A DNA stretch of 64,000 nucleotides. It comes from Aplysia californica. Taxonomy: Eukaryota. Within the stretch, counting starts at the first letter, position 1. Every line of letters begins with the position of its first letter. The notes beneath the pieces were generated by a model that was given only the letters and a program-made list of their open reading frames with translations, made no database searches and had not been told where the DNA came from. A program made the position numbers and the translations under genes. Location: positions 1,661,323-1,725,322 of the forward strand of contig NW_004797297.1 of NCBI RefSeq assembly GCF_000002075.1, read 5' to 3'. Positions 40,201 to 50,346 of this stretch are shown piece after piece.

Positions 40201-43200
40201 GGGAGGGGTCTGTCCACTTTTAATAAGCCAGGGTAGAATTGTTTCAAAATTTTTCAGCTAGCATTTGACACTTTGCGGTCATCTTGTGATATTTCATATA
40301 AAAGACTTCATTTTCACATAACATTGGTTGTACCACCATCATGAAGTCTATGGCATTTTGTAATAGTAGTTTTTGTTATTGGATGTTTGTATGTTGTTTG
40401 TTTGTGTAGGTACCACAAACTGAAATTTCAAAGTCCTCTGATTTCATAGTTAACTACACTACCTTATAGAATTTATCATTCTGAGCATTTTGATACCAAA
40501 TTTATACATATAGCTTCATTTTTAACAAAGTTATGAACATCTGAAGTGGCAGAAAAATGTTAGTTTTTTAATTGCGAAATGTCTACACTTTGAGATGTCA
40601 CAACATTCTTAAATTTGAACGGACATTCACAAAAACTTGTAGACACACACCTATGAACATAGAAAACAAGCTCAATTTTTTTCAGGGCTATCAAATAACC
40701 AGAAGATGGAAATTTATAGACGTAAACATGGCTTTTTGACCAAAACGGCAAGAAATACAAGGGGAGATTAAAATCCCCACTCACGACCGCCGGCTTATCG
40801 GCTGCGCGCTGAAGGGAAGAAGAGAGACTTTATACGAAAAGGGGCGATGGTGCCCTGCTTGCAAGCCGACGGGGAGCGTCCGGTGTTTATTTGCGTATAA
40901 TGGCTGTGTTATTCTTGAAGAGGAATGAATGGGCTTTCTGCCGGTATATTTTCGTAGTCAGTCCGATCACTGGTTCCATAAAAAAAACAACACCGAAAGT
41001 TTTCACACGCAAATCTCTTCTATTAATTCTCAAAGAACAGTCTTTAGAAATATATCACCGGAAAGAGCGTCTTCTTATCTTGAAATATCGACGAATCAGA
41101 TTGCAGTATTTAATACCATACGCTCCCCGTTCCTGTTCAACCGAGGTCACTCGAAAAATCAATAGACGAAACGCGCTGCCGCGACAGTGAAAACCTCGAT
41201 AGTGTTGTCTTTTTTCCCGCAAGATTTTGCTTTCAAAAGAATCGTTGATCAAATAAATATTACCACTAAAAAGTGGAAAAGCTCCTCTTTCTTCTGATAT
41301 ATCAAGTGTCTGTGTGTATGCATGATCACACAGTGTTTTAGGAGGGTAAAAATGTGGGTTTTGGTCTCTGTGACAGTGCGCCACGGGGGCGCACGGCCAG
41401 TTTGCGGTACCTAGTTTGTGTTGTTTTTTTGTTTATGTTCAAATTAAGACCTGCCTTTGATTAAAAATGTGGGAACTATTATTCGTTAGCCATGCAAGGA
41501 AACAGCGGGTGATGCATTGCTGTATGCTTCTACCCTCCTGAGGGCTTGCAAAAGAAACTTTGGAGTGCTAGAGCATGACTTGGACTATGTTTCAAGTTGT
41601 GTGTAGAACACTCTGTACATGGAGAGAGAGGGGGGAAAAGTTTACTCTTTGAGGGCGGGGAGGGGTCTGTCCGCTTTTAATAAGCCAGGGTAGAGTGGTT
41701 TCAAAATTTTAGTTAGCATTAAGGTTTTGCATGGAACATTCAATCTCTTTTTAAATAACAAAGTACAGTCCAACCTGTCGAAGATTACCGCCCATGTTGA
41801 AAAAAATCTGCTTGGACAACAGTGTCCTTATATTTCTAAAAGAAGCGCTAGTTGGAGGGGGACTATCATGTGAGCTTTCATATAAAAGACTTCGTTTTTA
41901 CTAAACATTGGATGTACCACCATCATGAATCGTCAGTGGCACGTTTTAATTGTAGTTTTTGTTATTGGTGGTTTGTATGTTGTTGTTGTTTTGTTTTTTG
42001 TTAATGTTCAAATAAGACCTGCCTTTGATTAAAAGTGTGGGAACCATTGAATTCGTTATCCATGCAAGGAAACAGCGGGTGATGCATTGCTGTATGCTCT
42101 ACCCTCCTGAGGGCTTGCAAAAGAAACTTCGGAGTGCTAGAGCATGACTTGGACTATGTTTCAAGTTGTGTGTAGAACACTCTGTACATATGCAGAGAAA
42201 AGAGAGATAGCTGATGCTTGTTTAATTCAGCTTACCCCATGATCCCTTTGTCATATCAATTCTGTCTTTATTTAACAGCGAAAACGTCTTTCGAAGCCCC
42301 GCCAGCCGGTTGAAATGGGAACACAAAATTCTGATGTGGACTATGACTGGTTGCCAAAGGAGACTCTTCAGGGTCTTAGTAAGTTTTTTTGAATTATTAT
42401 ACTTCAGTCGTTTAGTTTATGTGGGTTTTGGTTGGGGGGGGGGGGGGGTTGAAATATGGCGCTGTGTAGTACAGTGGAATCCTGTTTTAACGAGAGGGTG
42501 GGAACTGGTACGAAATGTCCGTTATAGCAGGTTTCTCTTTATGAGGGATCCAGTAAGAATTTAAAAGGAAATAATAAAGTATGAGTTTGGTGTTCTGTTG
42601 CTGTTTTTTATTATCTCCCCTGATGATGGTTTTGTTCAACATGAAATCTAGGTCTTTCTTGATCAAAAATTGAATCAGGTTTCTTTCTCTAGCGTTAAAA
42701 CGATGTTGACAGCTCGGCTTTGGTGATCAGAAAGAAAGTTCTCAAGGCTGACTTGCCCGCTGTATTTTCTCCCACCCCACCACACCCTGTGGTGCGTTCC
42801 CGCATCTGCTTGCGCACATCACACATTCGCTCCATCCATCACAGCACTGTGACCTCTCCATCCCCGCATCAGAGAAGTGAGAGGCATGATAGGCCTAGAT
42901 AATCTAGACTAGGCTGGCCTATCACAATGCGTTCTGCTTCTCTACTACAGCTCTTCTGCGCATGCAACACCCTCCCCACTCATTCGCTCCGGCTTTCATC
43001 GTTGGCACACATGGGCTCTCCCATTCTTTATTTTGCTTGATCACCAAGTGTCTCAGCTGGCGAGATTTTACATATGTAGAAATGACCTATACGCTGTGCA
43101 TGGCAACAGGAATATTCCGCTATAACCGACTCGCGCGTTTATCTGATTGAGCTATAGCAGTATTTTATTTACAAAGATGAAGAAGGGGGGGAAAATAGAC

Positions 43201-44886
43201 TTCTCGTTATTTCAGAACTCGTTATAAGTGGACTCCACTGTACCAACGTGTACTGGGCCTGGTTGAAAACACATGTATTTTTTAGAAAGGAATATTGATC
43301 GAACCAGACTATTTCAATGGGTTGATTTACATTTTTTCACTAACTTTGTTTTCCTTAACTCACTTCAGGCGGTTCACACAACAGTTGCGTTACCCCCGCC
43401 GCGACGCTCGCGACGGGTCTCACAAGCCCTGCGTGACCAACTTTGGAATTTTTTTTCCGCTCTACAAATCACGCACGGATCGCGAGACCCGCCTCGTACC
43501 CTTGTTTGGCCAAGCCTGAACTACTTAGACTTCGTTTCATATCTCTGGGGCCGGTAGTTTTTAAGTTATTGAAGGTGAAGGACAGTGACCCCCAACTGGG
43601 GTTGAACAGACCGGAACTCGCGCTTTGTTTTTTCTATGCAGCTGATAGTAATCCGACAATCGCGTTGTAGTAACGGTCGAAGACGTCGCATGAACAAGAA
43701 TCACATAATTTCACCGTTTTCTATACTTCTGTACGTTTTACTAGTTCTAGTATCTCAGAATAGGATGTGTCTAATAGTTAGGATCCTGGATATGTACCCG
43801 AACACGGCCCGAGTCGTAGTTCTAGGGCTAGATCTAGCACTAGTACCAGTGTTGTTTTTCGCGCAACGAGATCACAACGTCGTGCTGTACATCTGTCTCA
43901 TGTAATTCAGTGTATGGGTCTGAATCAATGCACAGACCAACTTTTATATTTTCGCCAAACACTCGCACATGGATACAAATCAAACCAGAACACTTTGAAC
44001 TTTTATTTTTGTTGTTGTAGTGAATTTCATTCTACTTGTCACGTCTGGAAATTTTTCGGAAAATCAAATTCATGCCAATTTTTTAAAAATCATAGAAATT
44101 AAAGTATTAGACTTAGACAATTATAGTTTTTTTGTATTAGATTAAGCTTGAATGTTACTTTACTGTGTCAAAAAATAATTACAATAGGGTAATTCTGAGA
44201 GTTGTGGTGATTTATTGAAATACCCCCAAAAACGCCAGTCTTCAACGCTTGTGACTGGTGAAAGGGCCCAGTCGCAAGTGAAAGAGTATGGAATGTAGAG
44301 AGTTGGGTGATTCGGTTCTGTTGCTACTGTTTTGTTTTTGTTTTTATTCTCAAGATGCATCTCATATGTTGCAAAGGAGGTTCAAGATTAGTAAAAACAT
44401 GTTTTAGTTTATTAACCAGAGCTTCCAGTCTTCCGCAAATGGAAAAATTTTGTGAACATTCGTGTTAAAAAAAATATATAAAATTATTTTTTAAAATGCG
44501 AAATAAAAAATTTCCGTAATTACTGATAGTCAACAAAATAGCCAACCCATATCGGAAGTGCTCTTTTATTTGCAAGTGTAGACGGTTCTTTTACGGGGTC
44601 TTTTACTTTCACTTTCTTAACTTTCTAAAGCACAAACAGCACCAGCACTGTAAACAAGAGGAAGACATAACGATTGTGGTTCAATAGATATTTGGGCCTG
44701 CCACGAAAAGAAAACTCTGAAGAGAGCTTGATTTTTTCATCAGACTTGTTTATTTGTACATATTGTTGTGGATTTAAGTTGAATATAAACTGTCAAGCTG
44801 TTTAGATCTAGATTCTAGCTGTTATACTATTACTGTTAGATATAAATCTATAATAAGGATTCTACACATTAGATCTAGAATCTAGA

Positions 44887-44923
<37 letters not shown>

Positions 44924-45954
44924 ATATAATATGGTGCAAACCAACACATGCAGAAAAAAGGTTGAACATTAACTGTCAAGTTTTATAGATCTAGCTGTTA
45001 CACTAACTGTTGTGGATGTACAGTATCAGTACAAGGGAGAAAGCATGGCTTTGAATTTATATGGATTAACACTACAGAAAATTGTGTATGCAAGGTATGT
45101 TTTTTCTTCTCTTATTTTCTTGTAAAATTTAGGCTTGAATAGCCAAAAATGACACTCTGTGGGCGTCCCCCTTCTACCCCCTGCCAGGGCGCTGCCCTGC
45201 ACCCGAAAACCTCGAACAATGATATCAGCTGCTGGAAGCTCTGATTAACTGTAAACAAAGACATTAATTGCTGTTCGTCTATTATTTTTTTCTCTTTTCC
45301 TCAAGAGATTAGCATTTTAGCATTAAGTTTGGAAACTGTTGTTTGTTTTGCCATGCAAGGAAACAGCGGGTGATGCATTGCTGTATGCTTCTACCCTCCT
45401 GAGGGCTTGCAAGAGAAACTTTGGAGTGCTAGAGCATGACTTGGACTATGTTTCAAGTTGTGTGTAGAACACTCTGTACATGAGATTGTAGGAGAAAAGC
45501 CATTGATCGTTTTATGAAATGTTTGAAAGATAACAATTTTTTACTGAGAAAGAATAGTGGACATAAAAGAGTTGACGAGGGTCTGCAATTATGTGTGCCC
45601 TTCAAGCCAGTTATTCTGTGAATTCACAAATGATGTACTTGGTAATGTTGCACTCAAAATACTTTTTTTGATAGCGCTGATATATCAGGCTCTTATGTGA
45701 GTAGTGGTCTGGGTTTTTGTTGGGACTGTATTGTGTGCATTGATCAGCTGTGGATGAACTTGGCTGTTGATGTAGATTTTTTTTTTCTTCACCAACAGTC
45801 GGTTTCCTTGAGCGATCAAATTTGACATTTCAAGACGTCTTTGAATATATCTGTTTCTTTTGTTTTCCCCACAGACAAGTCTCCCCGCAGATCACCGAAG
45901 CAATCACCAAGACAAAGGCGTAACCTCCGATCGACAGGGTCTGGAGAGGATTGA
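28144..45954 (+). CDS. SSR1: Translocon-associated protein subunit alpha (TRAP-alpha / signal sequence receptor 1), 9 coding exons, 300 aa
   Basis: Manually spliced exons 28144-28219, 29830-29957, 32137-32236, 32780-32907, 34033-34164, 34415-34494, 37394-37472, 42279-42378, 45875-45954; all introns GT-AG, phases consistent, total 903 nt. Product has signal peptide ([17 protein letters not shown]), acidic N-terminus, [80 protein letters not shown] (TM), [17 protein letters not shown] and basic tail SPR..R.TGS, all characteristic of TRAP-alpha. Confidence 0.97.
28612..29256. mobile_element. MITE with ~85-bp terminal inverted repeats (SSR1 intron 1)
   Basis: CAGACCCGGTAGGGGAACTCTTTTGTGATTTCGGA at ~28655-28689 mirrored at ~29181-29215, extending to both ends. 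Confidence 0.75.
29830..29957 (+). CDS. SSR1: SSR1 exon 2 (acidic region)
   Basis: tttctcag acceptor; [42 protein letters not shown]; donor AAG|GTACT (in-frame alternative donor 12 nt upstream possible). Confidence 0.88.
32137..32236 (+). CDS. SSR1: SSR1 exon 3
   Basis: [33 protein letters not shown]; acceptor ttttacaag, donor GTAAG. Confidence 0.92.
32780..32907 (+). CDS. SSR1: SSR1 exon 4
   Basis: [43 protein letters not shown]; canonical splice sites. Confidence 0.96.
34033..34164 (+). CDS. SSR1: SSR1 exon 5
   Basis: [44 protein letters not shown]; canonical splice sites. Confidence 0.96.
34415..34494 (+). CDS. SSR1: SSR1 exon 6
   Basis: [27 protein letters not shown]; donor GTGAGT. 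Confidence 0.95.
37394..37472 (+). CDS. SSR1: SSR1 exon 7 (transmembrane helix)
   Basis: [26 protein letters not shown]; donor GTAAGT. Confidence 0.95.
37821..37950 (+). ncRNA. Box H/ACA snoRNA copy 1 (SSR1 intron 7)
   Basis: Hairpin GCAAG..CTTGC, H box AGAGAA (37879-37884), hairpin GGAGTG..CACTCT, ACA (37945-37947)+3 nt; both pockets complementary to conserved LSU rRNA sites at 14-15 nt from the boxes. Confidence 0.88.
38875..39004 (+). ncRNA. Box H/ACA snoRNA copy 2 (SSR1 intron 7)
   Basis: Near-identical to copy 1; intact H (AGAGAA) and ACA boxes and pockets. Confidence 0.88.
39492..39602 (+). ncRNA. Box H/ACA snoRNA copy 3, 19-nt internal deletion (variant or pseudogene)
   Basis: Same sequence but lacks GAAACTTYGGAGTGCTAGA between two TGCTAGAG direct repeats; the 3' hairpin loses its lower stem. 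Confidence 0.7.
40034..40163 (+). ncRNA. Box H/ACA snoRNA copy 4 (SSR1 intron 7)
   Basis: Intact; H box AAAGAA. Confidence 0.88.
40408..41412. mobile_element. Unclassified TIR DNA transposon inserted in snoRNA array between copies 4 and 5
   Basis: Termini AGGTACCACAAACTG / CAGTTTGCGGTACCT; flanking GTTTGTGT duplicated; spacer sequence resumes on both sides. Confidence 0.75.
41493..41622 (+). ncRNA. Box H/ACA snoRNA copy 5 (SSR1 intron 7)
   Basis: Intact; H box AAAGAA. Confidence 0.88.
42063..42191 (+). ncRNA. Box H/ACA snoRNA copy 6 (SSR1 intron 7, 87 nt before exon 8)
   Basis: Intact boxes and pockets; 1-nt deletion in upper part of 5' hairpin. Confidence 0.88.
42279..42378 (+). CDS. SSR1: SSR1 exon 8
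   Basis: [33 protein letters not shown]; donor GTAAGT. Confidence 0.94.
42472..43240. mobile_element. Tc1/mariner-type MITE (SSR1 intron 8); partial second copy at ~57510-57900
   Basis: TA-CAGTGGAATCC ... GGACTCCACTG-TA; internal 42866-43230 homologous to 57512-57900. Confidence 0.75.
44417..45243. mobile_element. hAT-like non-autonomous element with 6-bp target duplication
   Basis: 12-bp TIR CAGAGCTTCCAG / CTGGAAGCTCTG; ATTAAC on both sides. Confidence 0.65.
45354..45483 (+). ncRNA. Box H/ACA snoRNA copy 7 (SSR1 intron 8)
   Basis: Intact; H box AGAGAA, ACA at 45478-45480; flanks unrelated to the intron-7 tandem unit. Confidence 0.88.
45875..45954 (+). CDS. SSR1: SSR1 exon 9 (last coding exon)
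   Basis: [26 protein letters not shown]-stop (TGA 45952-45954); pyrimidine-rich acceptor ccccacag. Confidence 0.92.
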
Positions 45955-46596
45955 ATGAATGTTGTTGTGCTCTAGTTTATTATAAATATTTGCCTCTTGT
46001 CTTTTCTGTCAGAGTCATCACTATTTATCATCGAGTCTATACTTTGTATAGCAACACAAATTTTTCTTTAAAATGCAAATGCAGGATTAATGCATGTTTA
46101 TAAGAGAAGTATTTGTTTTCTCATTTGGTCTCAAACATTGTCCTAGTGAGTGAGGTTGCTGGTCATTGGCAACTTTATACTGAAAATTGTAAGATATTTC
46201 TATATTCTACTGTCCTTTATACGTGTTGCTGCGATTTCTTTATCAATGAGGTGTTTTAATGTTTGTTACTTTTAGTGTTTTCTTTCAGAGCTGGGTGTTG
46301 GGCTGTGTCTGTGGCATCTGTGTGAGGCTGTGTGTGGATGGTTGAGCATAGACAGGGTTTTTGAAAGTGTACGGCTTGAGATATTATTGCATTGTCATTT
46401 CGTAGCATTTATTTTGGTTTTTCAGCAGAAACATGGCATTGCTCAGCAAAATTGGAGATGAGTTCTTGTATGCAAAGCACAATTTGTTGAGGAAGCATAC
46501 TCGTGTATAATGTTCATTCCAGTTTGTTATGAGTGATTGGTTGATTGTGTGATAACATCGAACTTGCACTTTTTGTTTTCATTGAAGAATGAAAGG

Positions 46597-46602
46597 AATA
46601 AA
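46597..46602 (+). terminator. Probable SSR1 polyadenylation signal AATAAA
   Basis: AATAAA ~640 nt after the stop, followed by T-rich downstream sequence. Confidence 0.55.
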
Positions 46603-46720
46603 ATTTGTGGATATATGTTTAGATCAGTCTTTTTATCTTTTTTCTGAGTGCTTAGGCTACCTGCCCGTGTTTTCAAATTTTGTCCAAGTATTTGTTCCCT
46701 TATGTGTATTTTTCATTTAA

Positions 46721-47361
46721 CTCATTACACCCTAAGGGCCTGGATGGGAAATCCATTCCTAAATCCTAAGCAAGGGGAAAGAACCCACCTCCCGTGAATA
46801 CAAGCGTTTAAAAAACATGTTTTAAAAATGATAAATTCCAAAAACTGGAAAAAAAATTAAAAGAAAAATTAATGTGGTTTCAGAAAATATACCCGATATG
46901 CGCAAACTGTTGTTCAATCGGGGTGTTTGACCTGTCACCCTCACTCTCAACCTCGTGGCCGGGCCCTAGATCTAAATTCTAGATTTTCTTTGCATGATCA
47001 ATCTGAATCGCCCCAAACTCTTGCTACGTTTTCATCAAAATCTGAGTCATCTGATTTGTCATATATATATATGCTTGTTTTTGCTGAAATCCAGCGTTAT
47101 TTCCTTTTTCGAACTCAATTGTGTCGCTTTTCAACAAGTAGAGACCCCTTCAAAGTGTCGGTTACGCGATCGCACTTCGGTCGGCTCTAATACTAAAACT
47201 GCTGGCCTGAAAAATTTCGTTTCGGTGTCTGGCGAAAGAAGGTACTTTTTGCAATAACTGCAAATCAAAATCTCGGCCCCGGAGTTTCACTAAGGCGAGA
47301 CTTATTTTCTAAAGACCCTAGGTCGGTGAGTGCGGTCCCGGGCGAGTTAGGGTGTAATGTG
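46721..47361. mobile_element. piggyBac-like MITE between SSR1 and TRAPPC2L 3' ends
   Basis: TTAA-CTCATTACACCCTAA ... TTAGGGTGTAATGTG-TTTA. Confidence 0.55.
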
Positions 47362-47979
47362 TTTACTTAACTCTTACATCCCTGTTAGATCTTTCAGTTT
47401 AGTCATGTCAGCTGGTTGTTCTCTGAGCCTTGTGGTAGTTGACACAGGTGCTGTTTGTCTTGCCACACCAGAGGGTACCAGTAAGTTTTATTTCTTTGTT
47501 TTCAGTATGGCAACAGGCGCCTGTGGTGTAAAGGAAGGGCTTTTTAATCTTTATAAAAGGGCCTACAGTTCTGATTCCCATGTGGGGAACAATTTTTTAA
47601 TGGTACGTCTTTTTCCTGGGATGTTCCCGTTCCAAGTATGTTCGTGATTCTGACATTTCATTGCAGTGTGGAAGTCCAGTTGGATTGTCCCAGATGCTTA
47701 TGCTTACAAATTGGTCTGTTCCAGCTTCAAAAAGGGGCAAGATTTGTTTTCCGTCGTTGATCCCAGCAATTCTAAATTTTACAACGGCCCTTTTGGGATT
47801 GTTTAAAAGTTGCTTTAAATTAATTTATACATCAAATTTTTAGTAGAGGTGTTGACCACAATCAGGCTGTGCGGTGTACTGTTGCGAATAGAACCAACCT
47901 TTTATTTGCGCGCTCATATGACCTTATGCAGTTGCAAGCGCTGTAAAACTCGTACTAAAACAAATAGCCTAAAATAAAA

Positions 47980-48240
47980 AGGAGGTCTTGTGGTCTAGAG
48001 GTTACAGTGTTTGCCTCTCATTCAAGGAGTCCCGGTTCGAAACCTGACGGCAACGCGGAAAATGTTCTCCTTTCCAACTCTGTAACCATCATCATGTTCT
48101 GTGGTCTGCTTTCCTCTCCCCTTTCTGTCCCTTTGCCCCCTCCTCTGGGCTCCAGACTCTTTCTGCAGCCTTTCGACATCTACTCCTTACTGCTGTCTTT
48201 CAGACACACCTCTGGTACTGGTAGGTAAGATCGAACACAT
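47980..48240 (+). repeat. tRNA-derived SINE head and body (related copies 5327-5415 +, ~60290-60560 -)
   Basis: A-box-like TGGTCTAGAGG and B-box-like GGTTCGAAACC with degenerate stems; shared downstream body with the 60290-60560 copy. Confidence 0.6.
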
Positions 48241-49620
48241 AGCATTGTGACTGGCCAGTCCAGTGATTATTGAGGTGGGAAAGAGATGCATAACGTGAGC
48301 CACTCCCAATGTGATGCGTCATAGCCCTAGCCAAAAAGACAGTAAAAGTAAAAGAGGAGAGAAGAGTGTGTAGTGTGATTTTTCTGTTGATGTTGTTTTG
48401 AGAAAATCGAAGGTAAAGTTTTTGCCCCTTGTTCAGTTTCTCTAAAAGATGAGAGTTTTTTCTAAAACCACACAAATATATATACGCACTAATGAAACCA
48501 AATTCTATAGGTAGGGCAATTCCCACTTTTGGTGTAGGTCAAGATTTCTGGAAACCCGAAAACTGGGTTAGCCTGCTTGTCCAAGCGACCAATTCCACTT
48601 TGCATAAAATTTCAACAGCAGGAACTTGGCTGTTGTGAGATTTTTTTCTGGAACTAGTAAAAGTCCTGCTTTGGCCATGTTCTACTGTAATAATAGTGTA
48701 AGTTAGTGCTCTCTTATCATCATTTCTAGATGCAATGTTCTTATTACATGAAGGGCCGCCCATCGTTATATACGAATTTGGCAGAATCAATCAATACGAT
48801 TTTTAAAATTCCATTTTATGAAAATACGATAATAATAATAATAACACCCCTGATTACAATTTTTAACAAATATTTATTTTTGCATCTTGCTTGGTAACCT
48901 TGTTTTGTTCTAGATCTATGTCACACCCTTTGTTGATACAGAAAAGCAAGCCTTAGACCAAAAACTGTATCCTTTGGGGGTTGACCATAGCTACACCCCC
49001 TTAAGATGCCACTTTGAAAAATGGTGCTTCTCAATTCACTAAAATAACAAAAAATGGAAGGAGTCAAAGAGAAAAATTCCGCCACTAGTTTACAGATTGA
49101 TTTATTGTTATTTATTGATAAATGTACACAAATTGGAATGCAGCACCATAAGAACATTACCCCATGATGCTCATTCGTAACATACAATATATCACTGAGA
49201 ACAATTTTTTGTACAAACTAAATGTCACAATCCCTTATCCCTTATCTATTGCACAAAATAGGTCGTGAATTGATTTCACATTACACAAGTTGTCAAAAGT
49301 GTGAACATACATATATCATGTACACAACACATGATGTGAAATTCTTTTCAAAAGAATTTGGACCACTCACTTAACATACCATTATTTCTTACTTTTCCAG
49401 CATACAGACTCATAAATCAAACATACACATAAATGAAATACAATAATTTTGCTTTCACACCACATACATTTCCGCAGTCCATTGTATGCAGTACGGTAGT
49501 AATATTCTGCATACTGTAGATAAATTTATAATTTTGATGTAGTCTTTGTCTTTGACACATTCAATTTAGCAGCAAAGAGAAGGAAATGGTTTTAGTTTGG
49601 GGCCTACTGGTCCTTTACCT

Positions 49621-49750
49621 CTGTACTCTCACCCTGATGATCAGGCCAGATGTCCCTTCTGTTACTGATAACAAATGCTCACATTCTGTACTCTCACCCT
49701 GATGATCAGGCCAGATGTCCCTTCTGTTACTGATAACAAATGCTCACATT
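49621..49750. repeat. Exact 2 x 65-bp tandem duplication in probable TRAPPC2L 3' UTR
   Basis: 49621-49685 identical to 49686-49750. Confidence 0.9.
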
Positions 49751-50303
49751 ATTCATCTTTCGTATAAACAAACTCTCCTAATTCAACAAACTTAAAGGTC
49801 AGGCCTGATGTCTTCATAGTTTCACTATGTCCATATGGGGCCAACTGAATGTAGAATCCCTTGCCTTTCGCATAGGCCTCTATGTCATTTTCGAAATCTC
49901 CTTAAAAGTTATTATTTATACAGACCAGAGCCGTTAATGAATTAATCCCTGCCTGCCAAGGTTATTCACCAACTGTGCATGCACCCAGACTCTTATAAAT
50001 AATCAAATCAGACACATTCATACAAAAGACAAACTTTGGGTTAACAAACTGTAGACAATTCCCCCCTCCACCCCCCCCAAGTCCCAAATGACTTTATAGC
50101 CTCAACGACTGCATTCAATCCAGGCATCAAATGCAAAATAAGAAGCTGGGACAGTGATCCTTTACACTGGTCTACGACAAAACATAAATTTCAAGTGTAC
50201 ATTGTTGTCAGAAACCAAGTGCAGGCTCAACCTTCCAACAGGTTCATATCACTTGCCTGAGTTGACCACATCTCACGTCCTTTCTCACTTGTCCACCGCA
50301 CGT

Positions 50304-50346
50304 CTAGTCTTGTTGCAGCATGGCCAGCACCACGTTCTCAAACCCT
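50304..50346 (-). CDS. TRAPPC2L: TRAPPC2L exon 5 (last coding exon)
   Basis: acceptor tttcttttgtgcag; [16 protein letters not shown]. Confidence 0.88.

Larger units (their letters stand above)
38875..42191 (+). repeat. Tandem duplication unit (snoRNA + spacer), period ~540-620 bp, interrupted once by a ~1 kb transposon
   Basis: Unit starts 38875, 39492, 40034, 41493, 42063; spacers share GGGGAGGGGTCTGTCCACTTTT, AAAAGACTTCGTTTT and GTTCAAATAAGACCTGCCTTTGATT motifs. Confidence 0.9.

Noticed and set aside
37821-42191. Repeat-spacer pattern suggestive of a CRISPR-like array
   Set aside because: Repeats are 130 nt with H/ACA structure, spacers are homologous to each other rather than unique, context is a spliceosomal intron, no cas genes.
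42617-42655. CTGATGA..GAAATCTAGGTC, similar to a minimal Penelope-type hammerhead
   Set aside because: Stem II is poorly paired and no stem I partner follows the cleavage triplet; lies within a MITE.
47980-48055. tRNA-Glu(CTC)-like sequence (also 5327-5395)
   Set aside because: Acceptor and anticodon stems do not pair properly, no poly-T terminator, continues into a shared repeat body: SINE head, not a tRNA gene.
45954-50304. SSR1 and TRAPPC2L adjacency as a functional secretory-pathway cluster
   Set aside because: Convergent orientation, separate promoters, no apparent UTR overlap; coincidence cannot be excluded without synteny data.
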